The notes under the pieces: model-generated
What the model saw: the letters and a program-made list of their open reading frames with translations, nothing else
Told to the model about the DNA's origin: nothing
Databases searched by the model: none
In this document: piece after piece, positions 46,762 to 61,262 of the stretch
Position numbering within the stretch: the stretch's first letter is position 1
Layout of the letters: every line of letters starts with the position of its first letter
Assembly: GCF_000150275.1 (NCBI RefSeq)
Contig: NW_002060944.1
Coordinates: 5,026,123 to 5,090,122, forward strand
DNA: 64,000 nt
Origin: Trichoplax adhaerens
Lineage: Eukaryota; Animalia; Placozoa
Reading direction: 5' to 3'
Translations under genes and position numbers: made by a program

Positions 46762-49700
46762 TTATCTTTCTTTTGGCTTTATATCCAATGATAATTGATA
46801 TAACGACTATAGATTTTTAAGATATCAAAGAATATCCATCATAAAAATGAAGCTACAAAACATAGTGTCAATACTTTCGTACAAGTAGTATCTCAAAGTT
46901 GGAATTTTATAGACACTTTACCTCATCAGTTAAATGATTAACACTTCCACGTAAGAAATCGGCAATAGTAACATCGACATTGATATCGTATGGACTACAT
47001 TAATTCAAATAATTGTCAAAACGTTAGGACAATATGATAAAAACATCATCAATAAAATGAATATATTAAGATATGTAAGAATACGTTATTAATACCAATT
47101 TTGAAAATTTTCAATATCTTTGACAATTGTGTACAATTTCCACCTTCCTTGAAAATTGATGCTACCATCTGGCAATTTATCTGGATTTCCAAGTATAGTG
47201 AATGTTACATCCTGGAGTATAAGACCCCTATATTGATAATGGGAAATAATTGCAAATAATTAAATGTTTCAGCACCAAAAAGTAAATGACTAAAATCTCC
47301 ATTGAATAGTGAAGATTATTAAAAATAAATATAAAATGAAACTTACAGATACGGTATGCAAGGAGGCTTAGCCTCGGCCAATGCCGTTCGGTAAATTTTA
47401 AAAGACATGGTATTATCAATAAGACTAGATAATTCTTCAATGGCCTAAAAATTACACATTTTAACATAAGCTCTTAACTAAATCCGTCATAATAATTAAG
47501 CTATAGCTATCAATTTTTTGGTAACATTAATTTCGTACGGTTGTAAATTGTTTCTGCCAATCGAGACGCCGTACAGAAGCACAATCAAGGGCTGACAAAA
47601 TTGCCAAGTACGAATTGAAGTTATTCATGCGGCGCAAACACTAGAAAATGATAGCATACCAAATCCAAATGTTGGAGTTTGCGTAAAGTAATCTACAACT
47701 TGGTTAATAAGGAAATTTATAAACCCTTCCAACCTTCAATATTTTAATACATGTGCCCATTATTTTCTCACGATCTTGCTGTCTCTCTTCTAACAAAATA
47801 CATGTACGAATCCTGCAAATATCCAAGATAAAAGTTTACACAGGAATTCCGTATCAAATGATCGATAAAACCTTTTCATTACTCTTCATAAACAACCGAC
47901 CATATATGGACTTACCAGTAGGAAATATTATTAAAATGCTCAGTGAAAGCTGTTAAGTTTGGATTTAATTTCTCAGACTGCTTCTTACCCCATCTAAGTA
48001 TTTCCGGAATCTACAAAGTTTTATCACCATAACTTAATGTTATTGATCATAATTTATTTCACACCTGTACGAACCTCAATCTTCTTGAATTGTTGAAAAT
48101 CCATTAAAGTAATCTGCTCGGCCAGTTCTTGAGCCGTAAAATCAAATATTTTATACGACCTAATAAAAGAGTAGCATTAGCATCCATATCATTTGTAAAG
48201 CGTAAGAGTAGTAACAATGACAGCTCATTAGGCTACCTAGATTGAACGTTTTCTGCGCACGGTGGAGGACGTAAAGGCTTATTTCTCTTCTTTCTCATTC
48301 GATTACACTATACATATTGAATGGTATGTACTTAACCACTGTAGAATAATTGAAACTCCATGCTAAACTAAAATTATATTTTACTTGTACTAGTTTTACA
48401 AGAGCTATATACTACCTCTTGCACTAAAGCTTCCCGTAGCATAACAGTTTCCTTTAATAGACCAGTCTCCAAAAAATTACATTCTAACTCGGCGAGACGA
48501 AAGACTGTACCGCTATTTAATTCACCACTAATACAATATAACAAATCAACTAGTTAGCTAAACAATATTACGCAACAAATATTGTAGAAAGAAACATTTA
48601 TAATATATGATATACAGCATAAGTGTAAAATCCTTACCAGCCTGTATGCAAAATTCGCAAAATTAAAGCAAGAGTCTGCTGGCTGACACTGTATACTCTC
48701 ATTTGATCAAACTTTTTAAATGTACGCAAAATTAAGAAAAATAAAATCATAATACTCGTATAATAGGACAAGCTAGCGTATATTCTATAATAAGATTGAA
48801 GATAAAGCAAACACGCTAGGATATCTTAGAAGAAGCTTTTCAATGATTTCAGACGGCGTTATAAAAGTCCTGTAGGTCATGATCAAAGCTTCTAGGAAGG
48901 CTTTATCTAAAAGAATTAATAACATTACTTGTCTAGCAATATATACAAGCTAGAGTCAATATTTAAATTATATATCTATATATGATATTAGTATCACAAT
49001 AGCCAACTAAACTTACTGGTCTTATATGTGTTGGTAGCATAAACAATAAGTGCATTAACTGATCCTCCTTTAATATTGCAGGGACAAGAAGTCTAGATAT
49101 CGATATATTTAAGACAATCAATTTAAGTAACAATTTAGGAATTCGCAAGAGGTAAAGAGAATATATAATAACCTACCTTATCTAAGGTTGCAAAATGAAG
49201 ATATGAAGATACATCGAATGAAATCAATACATCGTCTTCCGATACAACTGAAGCCGGCTTTGCTTTCCTTATATCTTTCAAGCTGTAACGATTTCATAGT
49301 ATCCTATAAATAATCTTTACCCACTATAACATTCTATAATAATAAATGTTAATTACTAAAAAATTAATTGATTTTATCTATCTTACACATTATCAAAAAC
49401 TGTCGATATTCGATCGGTATTTTCAATTTCATCTTCCTCTGCAATTGTGCCATCTGCAGATACTTTAGCAAGCACTGAAGGTCGCTGTGTAAGTAGAAGA
49501 GGAATTACCTTGTTTTCTATTCTTAGCATTAAGAAAGTAACAGAGAACATATTGCATTACAAAAGGGAACTTACCTTAGCAGGTAAGGATGCACGATCAG
49601 GCCTTGATCTATATACCTTTACATAAGAATAATAAAGCAATATTTTATTAACCAAATACATAAATTTTACAATCCCCTACACTTTGTAAATTAAAATGCA

Positions 49701-52700
49701 TAGATAGAAACCTTATTTCGACGTAGTGTAGAAGGAGACTTTGTATGCTTTTCCAGTGCTATGGCTACAAGGGAACTATCTTCATCATCACCACTTAACG
49801 GTGCCTTTGCATCAGCTTCATCATACTCGGTGGCCATGAGTTGAATGTAAGCGGTGACTAAAACAATTTCAAAATAAGCATAGCATTACGCAACACATTT
49901 CCATCTATTCTTATAATCGTTCAATGTCATGGGAGTATATAGTAACCTGCAATAAAGTTAAGTCTTTTTTGTGCTTACCTGGCTTAGCGTCAAGTTCGTC
50001 ATCATTATTAGTTTCCTTATTTTTTTCACTATCATGACTGCCTTCAGTATTTGATGATATCTGATTTCGTTGATTATAAGTTGTATGATCACTCTTACTA
50101 CGAAATCTAGCTGGCACAGAATCCGTATTAACTGCGCTCAAATGGCTTGATAAAGGTGCATCAGATTTATCTGAAAATGGCGAACTGGAATCGTCTAGAA
50201 TTTTTTTATTGTTAACCAAACCATCTGAATTGGCATGATTGACGGATTCATTTGATTCTATACGCAATGAAGACTTGTTTAATGGGTCATTAACGGATAA
50301 ATACGAATCATACGATTCTGCCCTAATTTCTCTAGTTACAGGAATATCCAAACTTAACGCCTTCTTAAACCAATTTTTTCGAGACTTGAAGCGAAACTTT
50401 GAAGGAGTAGACTCTTTGGAATTATCGGTAGTTTTAGGCGTAGATTTCTCTGTTAAATTAAAGATAGCGTTCTCCAAAGAATTACAATTTTCATTGCTAT
50501 CAGTCTTTGAGTTATTAAAAGAATTGCTAGAAAAGATGTCATCGACTCCATTGTCCTTTTCTACCGCATGACTGTTTGGACCTTTACCATTTCGCTAAAT
50601 TGCCAGAATATTTAGATATTTAATAAAATATACCGTAAGTATGATTAAAGTAATTATTTAAAGTTAATTATTAAATCACTATCAGTAGCATCCAATACCT
50701 TATCCTTCTTTAAAAGCTGCAATCCGTTCCTAATCATAACATAGTAATTGTTAATACAATATTTGCTAGCATTCATATATTTTCATTCCTCTAGATTCCT
50801 TCAATTAGAAATTTATCTCTTTGATGTGCAATATACATATTATTTGCTTACATTTTGCTCGCCCCGGTTGAAAAAAGTTGCATCACTGAATCTTTTCTCG
50901 CTTTTGTTTCAGCGTATGACACTAATTCCTATAAATTTTAAATTGTCAAGTTACTAATATTGCAAAATTTCATTACAGTAAATTATTTTTTTACTAGCAA
51001 TTTTTGTTACACATGTAAAGTTACTGTAGAGAACATACACCGTGAGGAATCAATGTACCTGAATTCGTGATAAAAATTCTTTAGCTAATGCATTGGCTTT
51101 TACAGCATCAAATTGGTCCCTGCTTTCATCGACAAGAAGTTTATCAACGTGGCGCATTAAAGCCGCTAATGATAAATATGCCGCACGTTGCTTGGATGTT
51201 AAAATGCTGCTCAATCCACATGTAAGTAAAAATATTTTAATGATCAGTAAGAAAGCAAGCTAATGAATTTAATAAGAAGCTGTTAGCAAACAGGGATTAC
51301 GGTCATTTGATGATAAAATTCATCTTTACCTCTCTTTAGCTATTACAGATCCAATGACAATACTTAAAGAATTAATAGTCTCGATAACCGTTGATGTTGT
51401 CCCGATAGTGAATTCAGGATGTTTCTTCTGTAAGACAGCTGCAATATGAGAAAAAATACAACAATTTACGTTGCTGTTGTCGTTCAAGCAATACTAGTTA
51501 CTAGCCTAGTTAAAACACGTTTTTAGATCCTAGTATTTGATGTCATTTTCAACTCTTGGTTATAATTACTGTAAATTCAGAAGCTGATAACATAGGTAAC
51601 TAGTTTGGAACGTTATAAGTATTAATTGATAAGATAATATTAACTCAGTCTTGAGGCTACAAAATACAATATTCCAAAAGATTTATAAACTTACTTTCCA
51701 TATAACGCAAAGCTACCTTCACATCTTTAACGGCATCCTGTATTTGAACAATTTCCTACGATAACAATTTTTAATATCAATTTTTAGATTTTTTTAACAA
51801 TAAATTGTAACGTTGTTCTACAAGTAAAAAAAATTGCAGCAAAACAGTAGTTTAAAGGTAATTCCATTGAGAGTCAAGACAAGGCGAATGAATAAGATTT
51901 TTTCAACAGAACTGAATTATTAAGAACCTCAATTGTACGGCGTGGCTATTATCTATGAAATATTGGCTATAGCTCAAAGTAAAATACAATGAAAATATTT
52001 ATATCCAACAGAATTAAAATGGGCGTCAAGAAGTGATAAGTCAATTTATTTAAAGATACTCTACAAGAGTGAGTAGAACAATTTTGGAACACCACCTTCA
52101 CGATCATAATTAACAATTTAGCACTATATAATCAAGTATAACAAATTTTTGCCCGCTAGCTTTTTATTAATGCTATTTCTTAGAAATGTCGAAACAACCT
52201 ACCATTTTAAATCAGTCTAAATAAATAGAATGAACGCTAATAAAGATAGCCTACTTTCAGAGGATCAACACTGGAGCGATCTCCTACTGTTTAAAATGTC
52301 TACTTTCAACTATTAAGAGGCATTCAGGCTAGTACTACTATCCAAGTTGCGATATAATTTTCTACGATTCCCTCCGATATATATATATATATTATAGTCC
52401 AGCTTCTGTTAGATTCTAATGATGAAACTCTACACAGTCAATAACATGTGTGATTTCTTTCTTACCTCTTTGTTCTATTTCTGCTGTTTGTTTTAGACTA
52501 ATATGGCACACTAGGAATTACTCATTAACTTAATTTTGTTATTCTTAGCTCTTTGCTATATATGTCATATCATTGATATCAGAATATAGATGCTGAAATA
52601 AAGAGATTTTATACCAAAGTAACAATTCATAAAAATTTCTCTATGCCAAAAATAATGACCGTAATTATGAATGATCACAACAATAAACTGCTTTAAAAGA

Positions 52701-54378
52701 CCAAAGTTTCATGAGGCGGTCTTTAATAATTTATAGTGACCATATATGAATTGCTAGGTCATTGCCATTTCGACGGGAAAAATAGTGTACGTACTACGAA
52801 AATATTGAATTTATCATTACTTCAAGATCAGTTCTTAAAAAATGATAGGTTAATTAATACTACATTAGCACTATAGAGGATCCCGTAGGCAATTTAATTT
52901 TTTTGAATAATTGATGTTAAGGTGAAATATTCTATCGGCTACATTCGCTATTCTATTTCATTGTATTGTAATTAACGTTGTAGTCTAGATACATCGCTAT
53001 TCTAAAATGATAGTGATGGTCATTTTTAACTCGAGTAAGAAAAGTAACTATACTTAGCTAGGATCAATAGCAATTACATTAATCATTCCATTCAAATCCA
53101 AAAGGGTATTATGAAGTTGTTATCCAAAGTAATCAACAATGCCATTAAGATCTATAATCGACCGGCTGCTTATTCATTATCAATGATGATATTAGTTCAA
53201 TTATTCAATAGTCTATTTTACTTCATGGCGCAGCTATGACGAGCAGAATATGGTAAAACAGTAGTGTTGAAATTTTTTCCTAGGCATCATTTATTATTGC
53301 CAATTTTACAATAATGATGCTGAAGAATGTCGACAAGTCTTATTTCTAAATTCAGTTAACTTTAATTACGATATACAATTAGCGGTTGGCTGTATACTGA
53401 TGTCTGCATTGTACGTGTATGATGATCTAATCGGCAGATGGAGTAAAAGACAGCCTTCGAGGCTTTTACTCGTATGCTAGAAATGTAGGAGTGTAGGTGT
53501 ATTATGCGAGAATAACTTAATATGTTATGCGTATATCATCATACCAATTTCTTCTATGCCAAGAAAAATTATGATAATGGATAGTAACTGATTCCCGGTC
53601 AACTTTTACGACTACTTGCTGCTAGAACTAGAACTAGGGATCTAATATTCTATTGATATAATTCGCAAGCAATTTTCCATTACCTACTTATAAAACTAGA
53701 TGCGAACACAGTAGAGAACGCAGAATAAGTTCATTTCGTACATTAATTTCATCATTTTAAAGCATTCAAGTTTTTGAAACCCTGTCACTGCTATGTCAGG
53801 AACAGTAGGTAGGGAGTGGAGATAAACAAGGATATTATCGATTTCAGAATAAATTAAGGGATTGTACAGTATACGCGTACAATAGCTTCATTGGCTTTAC
53901 CTAAAGCTATCCAAATCGACTATATTTATAAAACATTGATAAACTAGCTGATCATATTATCCATCGTTAACTTAATTTAACAGCAATGGCTAACATACAG
54001 TATATTAATTAACAGTTCAAAATGAGTTTATGAAGCATGGTCCCAATCGAATAAATCATAAATTAGCGTGATATCATGATTGAAATGGCTATTCAATTTC
54101 ACGCGGGATAAAATGGATGCACGTTCCATAAGACAGAATATCGATCTACTTCATGCTAGGTGGTTAACATTGAAAAGTATTTCTACAAGGCTGTATCATT
54201 GTCAATGTACACCTACCGTGATCTCGCTAGGCTTGGAGCTATCGAGCGATTTGGCTTCTGATAAAACTTTAGCTTTGCGGCCATTAGGTGTAGCGTTAAC
54301 CGATTGATTCTTGGCACTAATATTAAATTGCTTGTGGGAATTGGGCGACCTTAGAAAACTCTTCAATCTCGGCATCAT
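46762..54378 (-). CDS. RAPGEF1: Rap guanine-nucleotide exchange factor C3G-like (N-terminal domain, REM, CDC25)
   Basis: N-terminal VALRYMEK, AYIQL motif, REM (EALIMTYRTFITP), CDC25 (LAEQITLMD, PNLTAFTEHFNNISYW, LRRMNNFNSYLAILSALD, PPCIPYLGLILQD, SLDIKPKER*). The first exon (54217-54378) is phase-compatible but less certain. Confidence 0.85.
48722..48824 (-). other. U12-type AT-AC intron in the RAPGEF1 REM domain
   Basis: Minus-strand 5' splice site ATATCCTA, branch-like TTTCTTAAT about 10 nt before the terminal AC. Splicing gives KLLLR|FKKF in frame. Confidence 0.8.
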
Positions 54379-57300
54379 TTTGGAGTCTTCCCTGCTCGTA
54401 CATTAATTAATAATGATATGATTGTAAGATTAGAACAAGACCGAAATAAATCAATACTATCGACGTTTTTCCGCATTGATGACGGCCTGACAGCTATGTC
54501 TAGTAGAATCAAGGTGTGAATAACAGAATGTAAACTAGCAGAGGCGTTTTAGTCGCATTACTTCACCAATGATTGCAACATCAACAAATTAATTAGGCAT
54601 GAATGGCTGGCTATCTGTACAGTACATCACTAATGAACAATCATCGCTGTCGAGAAGTCATCAACGTCTCGTCTCTACTGTTTGATGCTCTATTGACTTC
54701 TGTTTAGTTGTTGTTATTCTTGACTACCTTTCTACTCTACTTACGTCCATGGTACAATGACGTAAGCTGTAGTATTATTTTGCAACATCATCTTTTCTTC
54801 ATTCCAAAATTAGAAGTATTATCCGGTCTGTATACTAGTACTGTCATAATCGCGAGATGGAGACGATGATGACAAGCTAAACACTTCCTTTCACTACGCC
54901 ATGGCAATATTGTAGTACACTACTGTACACAACGGTTGCACAAATTACAGCGGCACGATATATTCTTACTATACACATCCAAGTAATATCCTTCACATTC
55001 AAGTTGAACAGCTTGGTGGAAATTCATGCAGTGATAACATTTTTCTCAGAAATTTATTTTCTTATCTTACTTATAAGAAAAGATAACGTGAAGGAAGGCA
55101 TTTAACGTGCATGGCACAAGCCGCTCGCTCCTCCGTCATCAGCTCTCTTTGCCTTAACGTACGAACAGTCAATTGATTATGCAATTACCTGGATGACGAC
55201 TCCAGCAATGGTTGCCTTGTTAAATCTTCTGAATTCGCCTTTAATTTAATGATATAATTCACCAGTAAGAAACATTACAACGAGAGTGCAGATTAAAATT
55301 TGCTAATCAATCAATACACTATTCGGCTTAGATAACAACATTTTTTACATAAAGTAAATTTTTTAAAACGCGATAATCATGAATTCTAATCAACAGATTG
55401 AAGTAGGGTATGACGTATTACGGTAGATCATGCAATGGTGTGGATGTTCTGCATCTTTTTTTTCCAGTCGGGAATGATTAAGATGACACAACTACAAAAT
55501 CAGCTACAATCCATGAGCTACGGTAAGCCTTCATTTCCAATTCAAGCCTTAGTTAATAATAACAATATTAAAGTTGGGGGAAACCAATTATGGAAATTAT
55601 GAATTAGCGTAACAATAGTGGTCATGATAAAAGGGATTTAAAAGCGATTCTAAATTGAGTCGAGCAAGTACTGAAAAGATTATGTCAACATGACGACCCA
55701 TGGTAATGTGGTATACGACGTAAACATGGGATAATATACTATAGTTGGCATGTAAATTGGACGAGTTTATGGAATACACTAGCGACGAAGCTTTAGAAAG
55801 TGTTGCGATGGAGTTTGCACACCTAGATCGATCCTACGAGTACATACTGCCACTGCAGAAATGAACTGCTCAACTCAAATTTCTCTTCTAGCTCGCAATT
55901 TCAGTCCTTTACAATTCAAAACTCAGGGACTACTCGACTAAAAGTTGCCCGAGTATTAAAACAACTTCACTTGAACTATATATATATACTCTCATAACGG
56001 TGTGTCGTATAGCGTAATTAAGTGCTCGCTCGACTGTCTTTCCCTATTAGCTATGAGCGATGGCTGCACTGGCGCTATTTGTAGGTACATGCTTGTGCAA
56101 CTTTTGAAGTCGAAAGTAGCTGATCGTAATTTATTAAACCGCTAAATGTATTACTATTTCGTAGTGCATGGAATTCTTCATTTCAGATTGAAACTAAAAA
56201 GCTGTGAAAAGTAGAGTTTAGTCACTATCGCAGCACTGACTGAAAGTAAATAATCCTGACTAGAATCCATCTCTATCAGGACTAGGAACACCAATACGTA
56301 TACCCTACTTTCTATCTGCTGTATGTCTATGGCATATTAACATTGATATTTCGCAACGACATTTGAAGTAATGAAGAGCGTTTAACAGGATCCTACCATA
56401 CAGGAGCTAAAGAAAGTCAATATTATAAGTCATAAACGATAGATGGATGATTAGAATGACGCAATGCAATTCCATAGTGCATGCGGTGCTTTATCAGTTT
56501 ATTTTGTGGTACTTTTTATGCATCTTTAGTGATTACGCAAGGTCTTATGAAATTGAGGTCCTATTGCGATGGGGATTTATTATATGACTACACTTGTACC
56601 ATCTTCTTACTAGCAAAGAAAGCAGTCTTCAATAGCAGGCATGAGTCATAGATTTATATGTTATGAAAGAATGCGCAATATCGCCATTCAGACAGTTCCT
56701 TAACAACCAGCTCAATAGAAGTTTATTTTGCTTTCAGTGAATAAACTACCTATCAGCTGTTTAATACAGTTATCTGATAGTTCCTGCTCCTATGCTCTTT
56801 TACTTGGCTTGAAAAATGAATTTATGGCAGATGAAATTGTACAGTAATTATGATTAACCTTGATGCCCAAAATTATAATTTAAAGATACCGGAGTACTAA
56901 GTATAATCCCTATCCGTACGGTATCTCCAACAAAATATGTCTGAACAGTACAAGCAAATGGAAGAGTAGAATAACTTGAAAACTATTGTATAATTACAGT
57001 AATTAGTATTGATACCCAACATAATTATTTTGTAGAATCCGCCAAAAAAAAAAACGCCCATACAAGCAAATGTAGGAGTAACAACTAGAAAACTACTGCA
57101 TAATAGTGAATTCATTTAATGAGTATTCTTTGCGCACTATACGTGTACTTTTTACTTTTTACTTTACACATGAGCTGTCTATCCGTATACGGAACCACCA
57201 AAAATACGCCCATATTAGCAAATATAGGAGTAAAAACTAGTTGGACCGACACTTCGTGCAACGTATAGAATCTCTTTTTCTATCATGTGCAACGACATAC

Positions 57301-57845
57301 GAGCGTAGGGTGCCTAAAATGTCAATTTTATTTCACATTGCTACTACTTGAACACCTGATGATGGCACCATGAACTACAGTTAATCTCAATATGTATATT
57401 AGTGAAGCAAAATTACGGGTATAATTTATTCCTCATATTAAGACCCATATCGGATAGCACACAGAACAATTCAGAAGTGATGAAATGCGTACACTCGTTG
57501 AGGATTGGCTAGCACTCAAGTTAAAATTTCAATTCCATCTTTTGCTTGTACAAAGTACTCACTCACCGAAAAACATGGATAAAGTAGCCAAAGTCGGAAC
57601 TACCGAATAGAAAAAGGAGACCTTCAGTTTAAGCTATATGTTAACTTGTACCTAGAACACCTCTACCCCCTTATACTTGTTTTGCAAAATTATTTGCATC
57701 TGTTGAAGACTTTAGATCTAAAGGTATCAACTTGAATAATCTCCTTATAACACTTTGTGTCTAATCATGGTCATTAATACCTGTGTACGCGTATACAATC
57801 CAAGTAAACGAATCAAAGATTCGATATAATCACACAAACATACGA

Positions 57846-57984
57846 CTTGTAATAAGTTGTATTGTTGCCTATTAAAAGTTGTCAGTAAAATGGAGAAAGA
57901 GGAATGGCAAGTTCTTGTAATAAGTTGTATTGTTGCCTATTAAAAGTTGTCAGTAAAATGGAGAAAGAGGAATGGCAAGTTCTT
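57846..57984. repeat. Perfect tandem duplication, 2 x 68 bp
   Basis: CTTGTAATAAGTTGTATTG...GGAATGGCAAGTT starts at 57846 and again at 57914. Confidence 0.95.
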
Positions 57985-60900
57985 ATACACGGTGATGTAT
58001 TTTTATCAATATGCAGTGATTGTAGATTTCAATGAAATGTCAATTTTTCACGTATGCTTTAATAAACGGTAACAATGAAACATGAAAAAGGAACCAACAA
58101 TGCCGGAATAAATTAGCGCATGAAAATCCTTGTGAAATTACCGCTTTCAGTTCACCGTAAAAATGACGTGATAATTAGTATTATATCGTAATTATTTAGT
58201 CTAGCATGAAATAGAGTTTGAACTAACTGAGAGAGTAGACGTTCGATAATGTGTATGGTAAATAGTCTGGAAGGGTTAGAGCAAAGTTAACTTTATGTTC
58301 CTCTTACTGCACCATTGTATCGTAATGCAGCAAAAACAGGAGAGATAAAATATTATGCTCGTTAAAGTATACAATACGATCGGATTTCCCATAATCCCAT
58401 TCTAAGTATTAATTAATAGGCTAGAAATAAAATATTGATCTTTATTTCTTGATAACAAACTTGTAATAATGAATTTGCCCAATTTACAACTGTAACAGTA
58501 TACTGTTAATTCCTCTTTCCTCGTTAAGAGTCTTAGCTTAATTATATCTGTATCTTAATACTGTGGGCGATTAAGCTTTCTCAAGATATTGCTAGCAGGT
58601 AGAGTGTCATAGAAAAAAGCAGAAATAATATTTGAAAAAATGATAACTTGTTCATCACCATCCTAACATGATGATGGATTAACTCTGAATGAACTGTATA
58701 AAGTAACTAAAGTAGGATTTTTACTCATCATACAACTATCTTAAAATTTCGGGATTCATCAATTCTAAGTTATTACCAGTGAATTTTATTTAGAAATAAA
58801 GTAAAGGTTTTAAAAATAATACAGCTAATTTTTAATAATACCAAGGCATAAAATCAAATTTGAGACGGTATACAAGTATGTCGGCAATACAGTTAAACTT
58901 ACCGAATGGTTCATTACTTTCAGATCAGTTATAACCTTTTCTAGCGCTTTTTTATCCAATCTTTTAAAAAAGTAAGCGTACGTAAGGAAATAAACTCTGA
59001 TAATAATGCCTATGCGACCTAACTTTCTCTTCCTTTAACTTATTGTAGCCTGCTACTAAATATGAGGTCTAAGATATCACTATTTTCTGTAAATGCTAAA
59101 TATTGTTATTAATGTTAACCCAAACTGTAACAACCTTCTTATAACTGTACTTTGACACGTCGAACGGTATGCTGTAAGACTACTGTACAATCTTTTTACA
59201 TTTTATCCAATACTACATCAACAAGGCTACAGGAAAATCTCATGTAAGATAATCTAGTGTAGCAATCTACAATTCAAGATACCACTTTAAAAAATTATTA
59301 TTGCAATTTAATCTCCCAATAGTTACCTTCAGTTCGTACTATTAAGACACGAATGTTAAAAAATGATACGCCACTGGAATCAAGATAAGGTACTAAGTGC
59401 AGACTACCTGAACGTGGCTTATACAGCGTATGATTTATTATTGTTAGAATAACTTGATATGAATTCATGATGAGGTAAGTTATCGGAACAACAACATACC
59501 AATCATACAGCCCATTTGGTTGGATTAACCGATTTATGTTTGTTTTCCATATACGAAGTAACATTAATAATTTAAGACGTATGCATATCATTACAGCCGA
59601 TGCTACAATAGCATGAGACGAAGTAATATAAATAATTACACGGTATAATATCTTATTAGTACAACAAAATAGATCCAAATCTCTTATTTGCTGAACAAGA
59701 GATACGCATTGCCGTAACATAATGTAACAACTTAAATATTTGTACATTAACTAATGTTAATCTGTAATTAGAAAAAAGTATAAAATACTTGATATTCTCA
59801 CTTTGTATATGAACTAGTAAAAATGCCGATCCTGATTGTAAAGATTGTCGATTTTAGTAAAGTACAATAAATCTTACAGACTCATAATTTCGTGCGATGA
59901 TTAAAATGGATCTATTTTATGAAGAAATTATTCAAACTAGATCATACAGTATTACATAATCATCAATAATTCGATTTGAGGCTACTATTCCTTATGTATG
60001 AATGGTTCATCCGGATAACATTTCTGTACTTTATATTAGATTAGTAATTAAAACAATCCCATCATGTTAAGTTAAGTTCATAATAGTAATTTCATAATTT
60101 TAAAATGATTTACCCAATGTTTCTTCGTGATGAACGATTTTAATTTATTAACGCTTCATACATCATCTATGAATCGTATTAACTTAAAATTGTGGTTGTA
60201 TTTCATGGCTATTGGTGAATACTTTTACATAGTCGTGATTCTAATTCTACGAATTATCGCTAATCATTGCTCTAGTACTAGGCAGTTGTTGCAAGCGCCA
60301 TACAGATTTTTGTCAGACTATAGAAAGCTAACAATTAATTAATGCGGTTGTACTAGCAAATAAAATTTATGAAATTTGAGCATAAAATCCTATCAGCTAT
60401 ATCTGCATTTCTATTAAAAAAGTCGTTTATTAACAATAAAGCTTTCATTTGTATAACTTCCAGGATAAGAATTTGTAAAATCTTGGCAAAAGAGCTATAT
60501 CGTTAACGATAAACATACAACTGTACATGACCAAAAATCCACGCCGTAGTTTGAATATAGCTTTAGTACTCACTTATCTAACAATTTATGTTTTAGCGAT
60601 ATGAATAAGATTACATAAATATTCGAACAAGAGTTAATGTACAATGTCACAACGGTGACGATCCAAATTTATACAGTTTTGCAAAATTTTTAAAGCTATA
60701 CTATGTCAAATCATAGAATGATGCCGTTATCTTCAATGCTTTTCATACCATAACTTAATAGCACAACCATCCGCATAATGGAAATTACTGCAGAAAAAAA
60801 CATATGGATCTACATTTCTAACCATCTCTAACTGATTTACACTCTTATTATTTAATACGAGCAAAACAATAAAGATTTTTCGCAGTTGGATATCTAATCC

Positions 60901-61262
60901 AAGGGGATTGAACATTGGAGATCATCCTCAGTCCAAATCACTAATATAAATTAACAATACGCACAACGTTTCGTGCTTATTTTGTTGTGATTAACTTTGT
61001 CATACTTCGTCATGATGTAAAAATAAGAAAATAATCAAGAAATTACTTTCAATCATCTATTCTGAATGATGTACATCGATTTGCAAATTTTGTTATATTC
61101 GCATTTAAATTGTACTTCTTGTAATATAAGGTTAACAGTAAGAATTCCTTTACCATTATGCAGTCAAACTGTATCTGTCATTAATAATTTAATTATTAAC
61201 ATCCACTACTTAAGTCTACAGAAATATTAACATCTCGATATTTTACTTGATCAAAGTTAAGG

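Noticed and set aside
52467-52497. Possible RAPGEF1 microexon before a strong GTAAG donor
   Set aside because: No convincing acceptor giving a frame-preserving exon.
55790-55860. Insulin A-chain-like CCDGVC peptide
   Set aside because: The terminal Cys is missing at the expected spacing, an in-frame stop lies just upstream, and no B chain or signal peptide is seen.
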